DNA from: Moniliella sp. 'wahieum'
Lineage: Eukaryota
Reading direction: 5' to 3'
DNA: 64,000 nt
Assembly: GCA_003971905.1 (NCBI GenBank)
Contig: RSEE01000018.1
Location: forward strand, 1 to 64,000
This document shows positions 1-13,039 of the stretch, in pieces. A program made the position numbers and the translations under genes. The notes beneath the pieces were generated by a model. The model had not been told where the DNA came from. It saw only the letters and a list, made by a program, of their open reading frames with translations, and ran no database searches. Every line of letters starts with the position of its first letter. Position 1 is the first letter of the stretch.

Positions 1-217
1 CCCTAAGGCGTACGGCATACGGCCTGCCGGGGGGCTGACCAGGGGCTGGAGCGCATCTGCCGGCACGACGCCTGGTTGCGCCTGGTCGTCGTTACTCAGC
101 GCTTCAGCAGTGCGAGCATAACCGCAGCCCCTATCCCGCTGCCCCCACCTCTTCCCTCCTCCTGCCCCCCATCCCCACCACTCCCACCATCCCCAAGGCC
201 CACCCCCGTTCTGCGCC

Positions 218-2413
218 ATGGCCTATCGCGACAGTGGTCGTCGTTTCTCTGGGGCTGAACCAGTTCCTCCCCCACAGGACGGTCCTCCAGCCTGCGCCAA
301 CGCCCACCGCGCCGTCTGGCCAGCCCGCCGCGAGCCCCAACCCGTCGGCTGTCCACCCCGCTGGCGGCCGCGGGATGCCCCGCGCGCCGCGCCTGCCACC
401 AGCCCCACCGCCTTCAACCTCGACACGCTGTCGCCTGACACGGCGCTACTTCACCGACCAGCTCGCCCTCTGGACCAATGCGTCCTTCTCCTTTGACGGC
501 CCCACGGGCCATGCGCTGATTGCCGAAGGACAAGGAGAAGGAGAAGGCGCGGCAGGAAAAGAAAAGGAAGAGGAAGAGCGGCTACCGCCTCCCTCGTCTC
601 TCCGCCTGGCCTGGACGCCGACGCAGAGCGCTACGCGGAGCAGGAGCGCCGGCTCCCGCGCGACCGTTCGCGCTACACCGCGAACCCTCGCGCCCTGCGC
701 CCGAGCGGGCGCCCGCGGCTGCCGCGCCGGACGCTACGGTGGCCGCCGGGGTCGGGGCTGTGGCCGCAGGCGCTTGCCTCGCTCGTGGGTTCGGCGGCTG
801 GCAAAGCGGCGGTGCGGTGCCGTGGCGACGCCCTCGCACGCAGGCGGCAGGAGCGCAGCCAGCCCACCGCACCAGCAACAACAACAGCAACAGCAACAGC
901 AGCTGCTGCTCTCTGCGCTGCTCGAACCCGCTTGCGCTGCTGCAGCTGAGCCAGCTGCTGGGCTCGCTCAACGCGCTGGGCGGGCTGTCGAACCTGCCGG
1001 GGCTCGGGGGCTGGCGCACCTGGGGGGGCTGGGTGGCCTGGGCGGGCTGCAGGCGTGCCGGCGTTGCAGGGACTCCAAGGGCTGGCCAGCCTGGCTGGCC
1101 TGGCGGGGCTGCCGCACGGACAGGCACTGGGCCAGCCAGCTGCCGCGCAGGTCCGCCGCCGCAGCCGCAGCCACAGCCACAGCCGCAGCCGCAGCAGCCG
1201 CCGCTGCTGTCGCTGCTGCAGGCGCTGCAGGGGGGCAGGCGGCCGCAGCGGTGCCAGCCAGTGCCGGTGCATCCAATCCGCTCGCGCAGCTGCTGAGCCA
1301 GCTCCAGCCCGCCCGCCTCCCCGGCCGCCCCCCCGCCCCGCCCGCCCAGCGGCCCCGACTGGCTCCAGCGCATGCTCGCCTCCTCCCTCGATGCCCCCTC
1401 GGCCGCTCGCCCACCCCCGGCCCCGTCCCCCCCACCCCGCCCGCCGCCCCACCCCGCCCTCTGTCTCCGCCTCTGCCTCTGCCGCACCACACGCCAGCCC
1501 TGCTTCTGACCATCCTCAGGGGCACCGCAACCACAGCGCAACCGCAACCGCACGTCCAGCCCCCCCGCCGCTCCTCTTCCACCGCCCCCTCCTCCTCCGC
1601 TTCCCCACCTCGTCGGCAACGCCAGCACCGTCCCCACCGGTCCGTCGCCCCCCGACGAGCGCACCCCTCCGGCACCGTCCACCCCGGCCCCGGCCGCTTC
1701 CCGGTCCGGTCCGGCGCCCAAAGAAGCGGGGCGCGTCGCGTGCGGTCCCGGTCCCGGCCGGCAGCTCCAGTTCGGATGGCAGTGGCGAAGTCCCAGTTGC
1801 GCCTGCGAAGAGCAAGCGCGCGAGCCAAGGAGCAGCAGTGCGACCGCAGCGGCGGCAGCGGCGTTGGCGGCAGCGCATCGAGCCGACATTGATTCGTCCA
1901 CCATCCCACCGCTTGCTGGTGGACACGGGCAATCCCGAAGCGGATGCGGAGGCGAATCGGCTTGCGATTGAGGAAGATAAGCGGCGGCGCAACACGGCGG
2001 CTAGTGCACGGTTCCGGTTCAAGAAGAAGCAGCGTGAGGCGGCGCTGGAAGCGGACCACAAGGAGTTGCGCGACAGGGTGGAAGAGTTGGAGGCGGAGAA
2101 TGCCAAGTTGCACACGGAGAATGGCTGGCTGCGATCGTTCTTCACCTCGTCCGAGCCCGGTGCGGCTGGCGGCGAGGGCCCGTCGTTGCTGCCTTCGGAC
2201 CGGTGGTGGAGAACCCATCCTCGGCGCCGACAGTGCCGATTGGCACGGCGCGCCCTCCCCCTGGCGCAGGACGGCGCAGCGCTTCGCCCGCTGCTGCGTC
2301 GCCCACCGAGCGGAGGGACTCGACCTCCACCCGTCTCAGCCACAAGCGGACACGGGAAGACTGATCCGGACGCACGAGCCAACCCTGTGATCGAAGGGTG
2401 GAGGTTGGCCTAG
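218..2413 (+). CDS. bZIP transcription factor, MetR/CYS-3/Zip1-like sulfur regulator (frameshifted in this assembly)
   Basis: C-terminal basic region and zipper EEDKRRRNTAASARFRFKKKQREAALEADHKELRDRVEELEAENAKLHTENGWLR in ORF 1055..2413. N-terminal FTDQLALWTNASFSFD motif in ORF 234..1892. Q-rich and QP-rich middle. ATG at 218 is the assumed start. Confidence 0.8.
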
Positions 2414-3398
2414 GTGGGTGGTCGTGTCGCCTTGGCTCCGCTTGGCTCTTGACTCGGCCGCCTGTCCCTTTTTCTCTCTATTTTGTGCTTGTGTGCTTTT
2501 TTGTTTTCTACTGCAGCTCATCCTCCAACGGACCGGCTGAAGCGATACCCCACCCTCCAACAGGGGGGTTCTATCTCGACCGACCTGATGTTGTGTTGGG
2601 CCTGGCTTGACTTGGCCTGACGCAGGTTACTACGCTCCGCGCCCGCCCCATCTTGACTTGGGGGGCTTGGGTTTGGGTCGCGAGGTACAGTGTAACAGTA
2701 TATTTGAACGAAACGTGTGCTGGATTCAAACGGTCGGGTTGGGTGGGGACGGGTTGGGATGGGATGGCCCTGGGGGCATGAAGAACGACCGAATGCGGGT
2801 AGGAATCGTGCGGTAGTCATTCATGGCTGTAGGCAGGTCAGCGACGGGAAGCGGCAACCGTGGACCGTGAACCTGAACGATCAAAGCAAAGCCGGGGGTA
2901 CGGGGGCGAGATCGCGTCGGGCCATCGTCCTAGCCGTGGTTGGACACCGAGATGAGAGACGTGGGCCGTGGGCGCACCGGCCGACCCCCGTGCGGACGTG
3001 GTTGTGCGCTCTGCGCGTCTGGAGACCCTGGGTCCCAGCATCTCTTTTGTTGCCCCTCCGAGCGAGGGAGGAGCAACGACGGAGACGCACGCGAGGAAGG
3101 AGCAACCCTATCGCTGCTCGCCCCGTTGGTCGGCATCACAGGCCCGGGGCCACTGTTGGTTCAGGGCCGATGGGGTTTGCCTATAGAGGACCTAGTCCCT
3201 CTGCTGGGTAGGCTACATGCGCTCCTACGCCGTACTGTGTTGCTGCTCGGACGCTCCTCCCAGCGCCCACCACCACCTTCCCCAATGCCAGCCCAGAGAC
3301 GTGCGGCCCTGCCCTCCCCTCGACGCGGGCGTGTGAGCTAACCCCCCCGTGTGGGACAGAGGCCAATAAAGGTCGCGCCAACCGGAGCGGAGGGGACA

Positions 3399-3919
3399 AT
3401 GGCTTGGAGCAGTGCCTGGCCTCGGCCACCGAGGCCGTTCGTCAGTTTGACGCCTCGAGCCAGGCCAAGATGGAAACAGTGCGGAAGGAGTGGTACGCCG
3501 TCTGCGCCTCCCTCCTGCCCAGTCGGGACGTTTGTGTTGACGAGCAGCTGTCTGAATCGCAACCACGTGTGGCTATGGGGCATCTGCTAAGCCACAAGGA
3601 CTATGCTGCCTTTGTACGAGACCACGAGGCGGTAACCGAGCAGCTGCTGCGCAACGTGGCTGCCTTGCACGATGCATTGCAACAGGTCCGCGTCTCTCCG
3701 CTTGCCATCCGCCTGCAAGTCGTCCTAGCATGCACTGACTCCCAGCTGGATGCGCAGTTTGCCCGGCCGAGCATGGCGGCCAACCAAGGTGCCAGCACGC
3801 AGCTTCCCGAAGCATACCATGTTCACCTGCAAAACCTGGCACTGCTGGCGCGTGGTGAGTCTGTCGGTCTGCCTCTGGCTCTGCCTGTGCCTCTGCCGCG
3901 CTCCATGTCGAGCTTCTGA
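3399..3919 (+). CDS. small hypothetical helical protein, probably one intron (~3687-3746)
   Basis: ORF 3404..3919 has protein-like composition. A GTCCGC...ACTGACTCCCAG intron-like segment lies inside it. No family recognised. Confidence 0.45.
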
Positions 3920-4111
3920 CCACTGCCATCAGGTATCAACGATGCGTGCAAGGGAGCCGCACGTGCCTAGCCCGTCCCCCGCTCCTATGCATGTTGGCAC
4001 CAAGCCAACGAGAATGAGGCTGCCCCGAGGTGGGAAAGGATGGGTGTGCGATATCGGTAGATCCACAGACAGGACCGTACAGGAGCTTAGAGGAAAAGAC
4101 AGGTGGGCAGG

Positions 4112-5488
4112 TTAAGTAACCAGCACGCTCCACGGATGGGGGATCTTGCCGTATTGGATGCCCATGATGGTGTTGAGCATGGCCTTGGCCACGGCGCCCA
4201 GGCCATCGGGGCCGACGGGGACATGAATGTCTTTTCCCTGGAATCCAAGCCGGTCCACGGGGCTGACAATCGCGGCGGTGCCCGCGCCAAAGATTTCCAC
4301 CAGACGGCCCTCTTGGCTCGCCTGGATCACCTCAGCCATATTGATCTCTCGCTCGCTCACCTTGAGCTCCTTGGCAGGCGGAAGCCCCTCCACCTCCATC
4401 TCTCCCTTGACGTGGGCCCGGGCCAAGTCGAGAATGGAATCGCGCGTGACACCAGCCAAGATCATGCCGTTCAGAGGCGGGGTGACCAGCTCGGTCGCTG
4501 GAAAGCAAAACACACACAGACACACACATTAGCTTAGCGCCAGCAGCTTCCCTGGACGAAGGCAAGGTACGTACTTCCATCCGCCTGCTTGAGCACGACA
4601 AACAAGTTCATCGTTCCCACCTCGGTGAGCCAGTGTTCCGGGCCAAAGAGCCAGAGGTTTTGTTGGTAGCCGCGGGCGGCGGCTTGCATCTGTGGCTGTA
4701 CGCCCGGAGCATAGTTGGCGCCCAACTTGTACTCGCCCGTGCCGCCGGGCCAGGCGCGCACCTTGGACGGGTCGGCTTCGAGCGCGACGGGCTTGTACCC
4801 CGTCTCGTAGTACGGACCCACAGGGCTCGCAATGACAAAGAGGAGTGCGTCCTTGGGGGGTGCACGCCCAAGGCCGCTTCGGTGCCAATCATCGCAGGCC
4901 GGATGTAGAGCGAGGTGCCGGGCTTGCTCGGCACCCAGGCTGCGTCCTTGCGAAGCATCTGCTTGATCAGCTCGGTAAACTGGTCCGCATCGGGCACCTG
5001 GCAGGAGAGACGAAAAAAAGGGTCAGTAGGTCGGTCGTCTGGGCGGGAGCAACGGCGCTTCGTACGGAAGAGCAAGCCGAGCGGCACTCTTTTGCAAGCG
5101 CGCCATGTTTCTGTCGGGGCGGAAAAGACGGACGTGGCCCTGAGCATCCTTGTAGGCCTTCATGCCCTCAAAGAGCGAGGGCGCATAGTGGAAGATGGTA
5201 GCGCTCGGGTCGAGCACAAGGGGGCCATACGGCTTGATCTCGGGCGCGTCCCATCCGGTGGTCGCGTTCCACTTGGCACTGACCATGTGGTCGGTAAACT
5301 CCTTGCCAAATTTGAGGTTGTTGGGGTCGGGCAGCGGCTTGGGCGAGGTGGTGGTGGTGACCTTGGTCTGCGATGCGTCGCGAGGCGGACAGAGCAGGCA
5401 CGCTGGTGCTGAGCAGCCTGCGCGGCGGCGCCAGGGGCAGCGCGCGCGGTGCGGCGAGCGCGGCGCGAGGGAGGGAGCGGAGGAGCAT
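4112..5488 (-). CDS. BAT1: branched-chain amino acid aminotransferase, mitochondrial-type presequence
   Basis: Motifs [44 protein letters not shown] (PLP lysine), [28 protein letters not shown]. Introns at ~4499-4574 and ~4999-5065. Arg/Leu/Ala-rich N-terminus [15 protein letters not shown]. Confidence 0.95.
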
Positions 5489-6233
5489 GGAGGCGGTGGG
5501 GGGATGGTGGGGGGGATGGTGGGTCGGATGGCGGACAGGGTGCGACGGAGATGGGGCAGGACGAAGAGCGGTGAAGCCGGTCAAGTCGCGAGGCTTCCCA
5601 GTTCCATTTGTCGCAGCATGCCGCGCTGTCCACGCCGAGTCACCGCAGCCACCCTGCCTGTGCGCATCTCCGGCACGGTCCACTGAACGTACGCATGTAC
5701 GCATGGGGCCAACGAGGCCCTAGCCATGACAGGGCGCCCTGAACATTTCACGTCAAACTGCGCAGAGCGGCGGCAGCGCAGCCCAGCGTGCGCTCGTCGT
5801 GTGATGCGCATCGGAGGCTGCGCGTCCCGTGACCAATGTCAGTGGCTGCCCCACTCGTTGGGCTCTCTCCCTGGCAACCTGCGGCGCACCCACTAACCCC
5901 ATTGCTGGTCGGCTTCGTCTGCCACCGCCGTCACCAGTGCGGTTGCATCACCCTCGGGGGCCATCCGGACGACGAACGTCACCAGCATGCTCACCACGGG
6001 GATTGGGGGCCGGGGGGAGGCATTCAAGGCACGCAAGCCACTCTTGTGCCGCGGTCACCGGTCCAGACGGCGTGCTGCAAGCGACCACCGGCGGGCCACC
6101 TGCAACGTTGAAACGCTGCCTTAGCTAACCTGGCCCAGGGAGAATGTGTGAGACTCGGCCGGGCCAGCAGGCGCCGAGCGCCGCTGTGGGGCCACCACCA
6201 CATCCCGGCAGCCCGGCGTGCGATCCCGACGCA

Positions 6234-7285
6234 ATGGTGAGTTTGTCCTCGGTTGCGCAGCTGCCTGGGCAGGACGAGGAGGTGCGGATTGCCCACGACC
6301 CGCACTCGCAGGATGCTGGCATCTACATCTCGGGTGTGCTGCGCAAGCAGGCCGCCAGCACCCACAATGCCATCCCGCCCGGAGCGACGGGCCGCAAACG
6401 CGTAGCGCTCATCCTCCACGGCGTCCAAGCGCACAAGAACCAGACCTACCACCGTGCCTTGGCCGGCGCGTTGCCGATTGACTCGCTGCGCATCGACTTT
6501 CGTGGGAACGGCGCGTCGTCCGGCGGGCCGTATGACCCGCGCCGCACCTGTCGGCCAAGGTCGAGTGGGACTATGGCTCGATGGCGCCCGAGGTGCGCGA
6601 CGTGCGCCGTGCACTGCAATGGCTCGCCACGAGCGCGGGTACATTGTGGACCTGGTCATTGCCCACTCGCGCGGGTGTGCAGTGATGTGGGAGTACTTTA
6701 CCGAGCCGGAACCGTTGGCGCACCAAGGCTACCTGCCCTTTTATGTGTCGGTCAGCGGTCGCTTTGACCAACGAGCTCAACTGCGTGCGTGTTAGTTGTC
6801 CCTGCTGGGTGGGGGTGGCGCTTGGCTAACGTGCATTTCGTGCCTGGGTGTGGGATAGAAAAATTCAAGACGCTCAAGCCGGGCGGGACGTACGAGTGGG
6901 TGGTACCGATTGGCCAGGGCGGCGTGCAGAAGCACATTGTCACGTACGAAAGTGTCCAGCGCGCCGCGCACCAGCTACGCCGCAACAAGCCGCCCTGTTC
7001 CCCCTGCAAAGTACGAGCGTGCTGTTGGTGCATGGTGACCATGACACTGTGGTGCCCCCCCAGGATGCATTGAAGTTTTACGATCTGCTGCGGGAGCGCC
7101 AAGCCCGCCTCGGCGGTGCGGCCGCCGATCCGTCCCTCGCCTTGCACATGGTCAAGCATGCCGACCACAACTTTCTCAACGTTGTCACTGACCAGCCCAT
7201 CACTCTCTTCGATGACCTGATCACCACCATCCTAGCCTGGTACACACAGCGAGCTGGTATCCCATGCGGCCAATCGTCTCTGTAA
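6234..7285 (+). CDS. alpha/beta hydrolase (esterase-like)
   Basis: LILHGVQAHKN, RIDFRGNGAS, nucleophile elbow IAHSRG, LLVHGDHDTVVP and ADHNF give a Ser-Asp-His triad across frameshifted ORFs. Intron at ~6785-6858. Confidence 0.85.
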
Positions 7286-7349
7286 CCCCCCTCTGCGCCA
7301 CAGCATCCAACCCAGCGCAAAGTGGTACAGCATTATGTGCTGACACTAC

Positions 7350-7429
7350 GTGCGCCTGTCTAGCAGTTGAGCTTAGGGCGACTGGTTGGGTGCGCCTGTC
7401 TAGCAGTTGAGGTTAGGACGACTGACTGG
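7350..7429. repeat. 40-bp tandem duplication (2 copies)
   Basis: GTGCGCCTGTCTAGCAGTTGAGcTTAGGgCGACTGgtTGG followed directly by GTGCGCCTGTCTAGCAGTTGAGgTTAGGaCGACTGacTGG. Confidence 0.9.
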
Positions 7430-8146
7430 GCTGTGTCAATGCACTGCATCAATCTTATGGAACGAAGAGGTGGTACCAGCCAAAAGACAATGGGGCTGGA
7501 TGGAAAGGCGGTAGGGTTCGGGTAAGTTACTATTGATTGTTCCTGGAATGTAGTTGAAAAGACCAGAGTGTGGGGGCGGGATGGGGTCTCGCCTCTCGTC
7601 GGAGGCAGGGGGTAGATGACGAGGCCGAACGGAAGGGGAGGGGCAAGGGAACGTCCAGAATCGATAGTCCCAATCGACCGCCCCTGTGTATTGGACGCCC
7701 TCCCTTTCAGGCTAACCAGACTCACCGGGAACCGGGAACCACGGTAAATGTACATCGCATCAAGCTTCATGACCCAGGACAGAAAGAACAGCCGGGGGGG
7801 AGGGGGGGCAGTGTTGGACGTTGGTATTGGCCAAAGGAGGAGGATGTGCGGACATGATGACAGAGGGCGGGGTCGAAACAGATGCGATCGACGAGAAGAA
7901 ACGGGGGGCGACAAAGGGAAGAGGAAAAAGAAGGAAAGAAAAGAAAAGAGAAGGGAAAGGCAAGGCCTAGTTCCCTCGACCGACATCGCGGAGCAAGTCC
8001 GAGTCGGACCTGGTTTGGGGGAACGGAGGCGGGGCGGGGAACGAGGGTCGTTTGAGAAATGGACGAGACCGAGACGTGCCCTAGAGCACCATGGAGGCGA
8101 CCCAGGGGGGAGGGGAGGGAGAGCATTGGTTGACCCCATTTTGGCG

Positions 8147-8796
8147 TTACAGAACAATACAGCATCCAGAGCTTTCGGACGACCGCGTCCGACCCCTCCC
8201 CTTTTCGCCTGACCGAATGGCCGCGGCGGTGACTGGACCTTGTTGAATGTCCTGATCGCGGACAACAATGGCAGCCCGTGTGGCCGCTTCAAACACGGCA
8301 TCGACACCTTCGTTGTGGAGCGCCGACGTTTCGAGGTAGACCTTGGCACCGATCGTCTTGGCCATGTCCTGTCCCTGCTTTTTGGTGACGCAGCTGTCGG
8401 GCGAAGGAGACTGGTCGCGCAAGTCGCGCTTGCAACCGACGAGGAGGACAGGATGCGCGGGCCACAGATCTGACGCACCTCGTCGTTCCACTTGTACCGC
8501 ACATTCTCAAGGCTGTCAGGTGTGTCAAGGGCAAAGGCAATGAGGATGACGTGGGCGTGGGAGTAGCTCAAGGGGCGCAAGCGCTCATACTCCTCTTGGC
8601 CAGCCGTGTCCCAGAGGGCGAGCAGGATGGGCTTGCCGTCAAGACGGATCTCGGCGACATAGTTCTCGAAGATGGTGGGTTGGTACTGGTGCGGGAACTC
8701 GCCCAGGGCAAAGACACACAGCAACGACGTCTTGCCGCACGCACCATCGCCGACGATGACCAGCTTGCGGCGAATGGCAGCGGGCACGGGCGGCAT
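8147..8796 (-). CDS. RHO2: Rho2-type small GTPase
   Basis: [58 protein letters not shown] and C-terminal CCIVL CAAX box. One frameshift near 8460. Confidence 0.93.
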
Positions 8797-9023
8797 GGCA
8801 GAGACACGAGGCGGCGGGGGGAGGGGGACGGGTGGGCGTTGTGCGCACGAGCGAGGCCGGGGCAGCAGGTGGCGGGGTGGCCGGGGCGGCGGCGAGGGCG
8901 AGGGTGAGGGGAGGACGCCCAACGCCAAGCACGCCTCGGCGGACACGTTCGAGCCAACGCCACGCAGCGACGGGCCCCACGTCGGGCCGTCTGATCTGGC
9001 CGGCGCTGGCTCCGCTGGCGGAG

Positions 9024-9204
9024 CTGCTCTGCTCTCTGCTCTTCTCTGCTCTGCTCTGCTCTGCTCTGCTCTGCTCTGCTCTGCTCTGCTCTGCTCTGCT
9101 CTGCTCTGCTCTGCTCTGCTCGCTCTCTCTCTGCTCTGCTCTGCTCTGCTCTGCTCTGCTCTGCTCTGCTCTGCTCTGCTCTGCTCTGCTCTGCTCTGCT
9201 CTGC
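9024..9204. repeat. (CTCTG)n pentanucleotide microsatellite upstream of RHO2
   Basis: About 180 bp of near-perfect CTGCT units with a few interruptions. Confidence 0.98.
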
Positions 9205-9699
9205 GCTGCCGCGCCAGCCGCACAGGCGCCGGGTGGGTGATGCACGTGCTGGTGGCCAGCTGACGCGTGATGCGACCGGCCACAGCGCCTCAGCGCCTGA
9301 GCCTGTCGGTGCAACGCGGCAGACGCAGTGCGGATCACCGGTCACCCACACACCCAGTCGGCCACCCAGCACGACGCCACGGTGGAGCGCACTGGGCCTA
9401 ACCCTAGCACGGGGATCGTGCTAGGTGCAGCCACCGGGGTCACCGGTCACTCTTCCGTCTGGCCACTTTCGACACGCGATGGTCCCCAGGCAGCGCGACC
9501 TGTGTTTGGCCGCTCCTCCTCCAGGCCTAGGGTTCCGTTGTTTCTCTCTCGCGTTTTCCTTGTTCCGCAGCTGAGCCCCTGGAGGCGACTCGCTGCTTGG
9601 TGTTCCGCTATAGGCGTTGCTACTACCATCAGTGCAATTATCACTTCTACAGTCCTTGCAGATGGACGGTTCGTGCAAGGCGATGGCATTGGCACTGTG

Positions 9700-9910
9700 T
9701 CTCTGTCTATCCATACCACGTCCATTTCATTGACAGAGCTTAAGGCTGGGACAGGGGGAACGCTACATCTAAACCTAACCGTTCATCTTGCGGGGGTTAC
9801 TTGGAAGCGCCACCAAGGTTAGGGAACCAGGGGGATCGCCAGGATATCAGGACCCTCCGGTGGTTACCATCCGGTCCCGTACCCTAGGAAGCGCGTGTGG
9901 ACACAGATGA
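9700..9910 (-). pseudogene. decayed ORF remnant, copy 1 (homologous to 13040-13260)
   Basis: Minus strand reads VHTRFLGYG...EGPDILAIP...DERLGL with stops and frameshifts. Clear nucleotide similarity to 13040-13260. Confidence 0.45.
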
Positions 9911-10714
9911 ACGTGTGTTGACATCCGAGCGAGGAACCATTTCCACTGAGATACCTACTATGATACCGGCTCTTCCCCATCCGTTCCACTCCCCAATCCT
10001 TCTATTTTGCTTCTTTTCCTTATAATTTGGTAAGTGCGTACCAGCTTTCGATGACCGGGATGGAGAATTTGTCGTGGCGTGGGCCATGGCACTGGCTAGC
10101 GGCTGACCGCACGGCTGACATTTCTCGCCTTGTTACGGGCGCTATTGGCTACAAAATTTTTGTCCAACAGTATCAAGCATGGCATGCTGTCTCATAATAG
10201 CTGCCACCTACTTAGTAGTACTGTTGCCACGTGGCTGGCTAGGTCTTCTTCAGTTAGCTTACCTACTCAGAAGGTTTTCTCTTCTTCTTGTAGCAACGCC
10301 CTGCATTTGCCTTACCACCACCTGGATCCCGCTCCCGCGTATACTCGATACTCCTCTCACTCTCTCTCTCCGCTGTATTCGCTGTCTGCAACGTATAGAT
10401 ACTGTTGTGTCTCTCGCTTGCGTTCTGGCATACTTGCCCGGCGCTACACTGCGACTAGGAGAATTCAGTGAATTTCGCTGTAGTTTTCGTTGGAATTACC
10501 GACTTGGTATCAAGCTACGAGAGTAAATAAGAGAATGTGAAAAGATGGGAGTGAAAAGAGGAAAAGATAAAGGGGGGTTGAAGAGGAGGAAAAGTGAGAA
10601 CCAAAAAACATTTGCAATAAATAACCCCAAAGAAAAGGAGTGGTTGGTAGTGCTAGTAATAGTGAATCTCGTGCTGAGGTGACCAACAATGAAGGCCGGA
10701 AAGTAAAGGGTCCA

Positions 10715-12334
10715 TTAGGATTGGAAGATGAAAGACTCGGTGTGCTCCTTGAATAGTGTCTGCTCATCGATGGTGGCCCCGTCCGAAGAACGGATAAAGC
10801 GGGAGGTGGCGTGGGTCCGGTGTGCACGGTGATCGTAGCAAATGCATAATCATCATCGTTGCCCCCACAAACCCAGTGGGCAAGTTAAGCAACTTTGCCA
10901 ACCCTTCAATATTGCCTGCGCCACCCGCAACGAGGTAGGCGGGTGCCTTGGGGTTTTGGTACCCAGCTGGGTCGAGCTCGTTGGCGTGCATGGGCACGAA
11001 TCGTTGGGAATTGTGCTGGTGACCAAACCAGGCGAGGTCAACTCCGTATTGGTAGATTATGTCCTCAAATGCGGCCGCGCATGCCTCGCACGGGGGGTTG
11101 AAAACGAAGTGGACGTGTACCACGGCCGGTGGCCACCAACAAAGAGCCAGGGCGTCACACTGCGGTCCACACTGGCCAAATCCGCCTTGAGCCAGTCAAG
11201 TTGTTGGCCCTGGAACCCAAAGGGACCCGAGGCCAGTTCGGTTCCCGGGCCATCCGGGCACCATCAAAGTCCGTCTCGGTATTGATCATTGCGATGTGGG
11301 CCAGGCCGTATCAATGAGTACCACATCGGCGGATTGGCCAGCGAGGCTGCCTTCTGCCGCAACGCCGCCGCTGTTTCGTTGGTGGAGGTCGAAGCAAATG
11401 CTGTAGGCATCGTGTTTCCGAATCGGCCACGGAACTCGGTAAAGTTGGAATAGCCATCGGACAGATATCCAGTTTGGCGCCCAATTCAAAGCAATCCGCC
11501 TCATGGTTCCCAGGGCCTACCATGTACGGAACTCGGCCGGCAATTGGCGCCAGCTGGTCGTAGAACCGCTCCTCCACCGCATCGTACGAAGGAACGCCCG
11601 CTTGCAGATCTTCGATGTTCATGACCCAGTCATCACTGTAGGCAAGGTCTCCTGCGTGAGCGACAAAATCCAAACCATTACCCAGGCCGGGATGTTCCCT
11701 TCATAGCTTGAGCGAGCGCGTCGATGGTGGTGTGGGTCGCGTTGGGCTCCAACCAGGGAATGCTCTGCTTGGTGAATGCATTCAAGCCTTGTCCGACGAC
11801 TATACCAAACAGTGGCAGATCAGAGACGAAGGTGTGAGCAATCAAAAAGTAGAGGAAAAATGGGCACATGCGGTGACTAAGAAAACGTACCAAATCCTTC
11901 CGGCCATAAAGACCCAGGTCGGTTACCAGGGCAAATGTAAACTCCCCGCTCGCGCCGGGGGCCTTGGCGGTTTTGAAGGACCAGGTCGAGGAGTTGGTGG
12001 ACTGGATCTTGTAAAAGTATTGTTGCTCCGTCTGGAGGCCAGGGAGACGGATGCTGTGCTGATACTGGCGCGTATTAGGATGGTGTGCGACTCGCCTCCA
12101 CAAACAGTCGAGTTGAGAGCCTGCTCCGTCACGCCATATGCGACACACACCTGGTCCAAAGGTGCGTACGTGGCCCAGCAACAACCACAGTATCAGGCGC
12201 AAAGATGGAAATACGTTGGCCCGACGGGGTTGTGGGGTCGCTTGGGATAGGAGGAAAGACGGAGTCGCGTGGACCATCATAGACGACGCCGCTGCGAACA
12301 GGCTTGCAGCCACCAGTACCGTTGGTCGATACAT
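10715..12334 (-). CDS. secreted purple acid phosphatase (metallophosphoesterase), copy 1
   Basis: Signal-peptide-like MYRPTVLVAASLFAAASSMMVHA and FN3-like N-domain (YFYKIQSTNS). Metal-ligand motifs TDLG, GDLAYSD, GPGNHE, VGGHRP and FGHQH. C-terminus ...IDEQTLFKEHTESFIFQS*. One intron ~11799-11890. Confidence 0.92.
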
Positions 12335-12433
12335 AATGATAAGAGAGCGTACGCGAACAAAGAAGAGGAGAGGGGAGGTAGACGTGAGGGGAGGTTTTAA
12401 TGAGAGGAAAGGGAGTAGCGCCTGCGGAAGTTC

Positions 12434-12446
12434 AATATATATACGT
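12434..12446 (-). promoter_or_regulatory. TATA-like box of phosphatase copy 1
   Basis: CGTATATATATTG on the minus strand ~100 bp above the ATG. An equivalent CGTATATAAG lies ~90 bp above copy 2 (17652-17662). Confidence 0.55.
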
Positions 12447-13039
12447 TTCCTCTGTTACAGAGGATGAGAGTCTATAATGTTGCTAATAGTATATCGAGTT
12501 AGGAAGACAGGCGGCAAGCCCACACTGTAAGTAAATGAGTATCCTTTAACGGTTAACCTCTCCAGAGAGCGTCTGTCGGAGTATGTGGCCAACCCCGTAC
12601 CACCCTTTGAGCCCATGCCACAAAAAATTTAACCAGTTAAATTAGGTCCCGTTAGCGCGTGGGCCGAGGGGCCATGCATGCGGCGCGACAACAGTCGCCC
12701 CCGCCCGAGTCCAAGTCGGACGGCCTAATAAGGCCACCAAGTTTCCGGTGTGTTTGTTTGTGACGACTGTTGCCCCGTCACCGCGTCACCAAACACTTTT
12801 CTTTCCTCTGTGGCAACCAACCCCTCCTTTGACATGTCTTCCTTTCTTCACCCCTGTTGTATCCACGGGCGGGCGCAAAACATTGAAAGAGAGGTAAATG
12901 TGGGGTTGAAATATCGGTGGATCGGCTGGATCCCAGCGGAGCGGGCGGTGGGCAGGCACGTGCCAGAGACCGACGCTTGTCGCGACAGCGATGCTGCACT
13001 GAAACCCACACCTTATCGTTTGGCCTCTTCTCTACTATA

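Noticed and set aside
7360..9424. Long ORFs with AEQSR / SALLC repeats
   Set aside because: These are translations of the (CTCTG)n microsatellite fused to RHO2 or its antisense strand.
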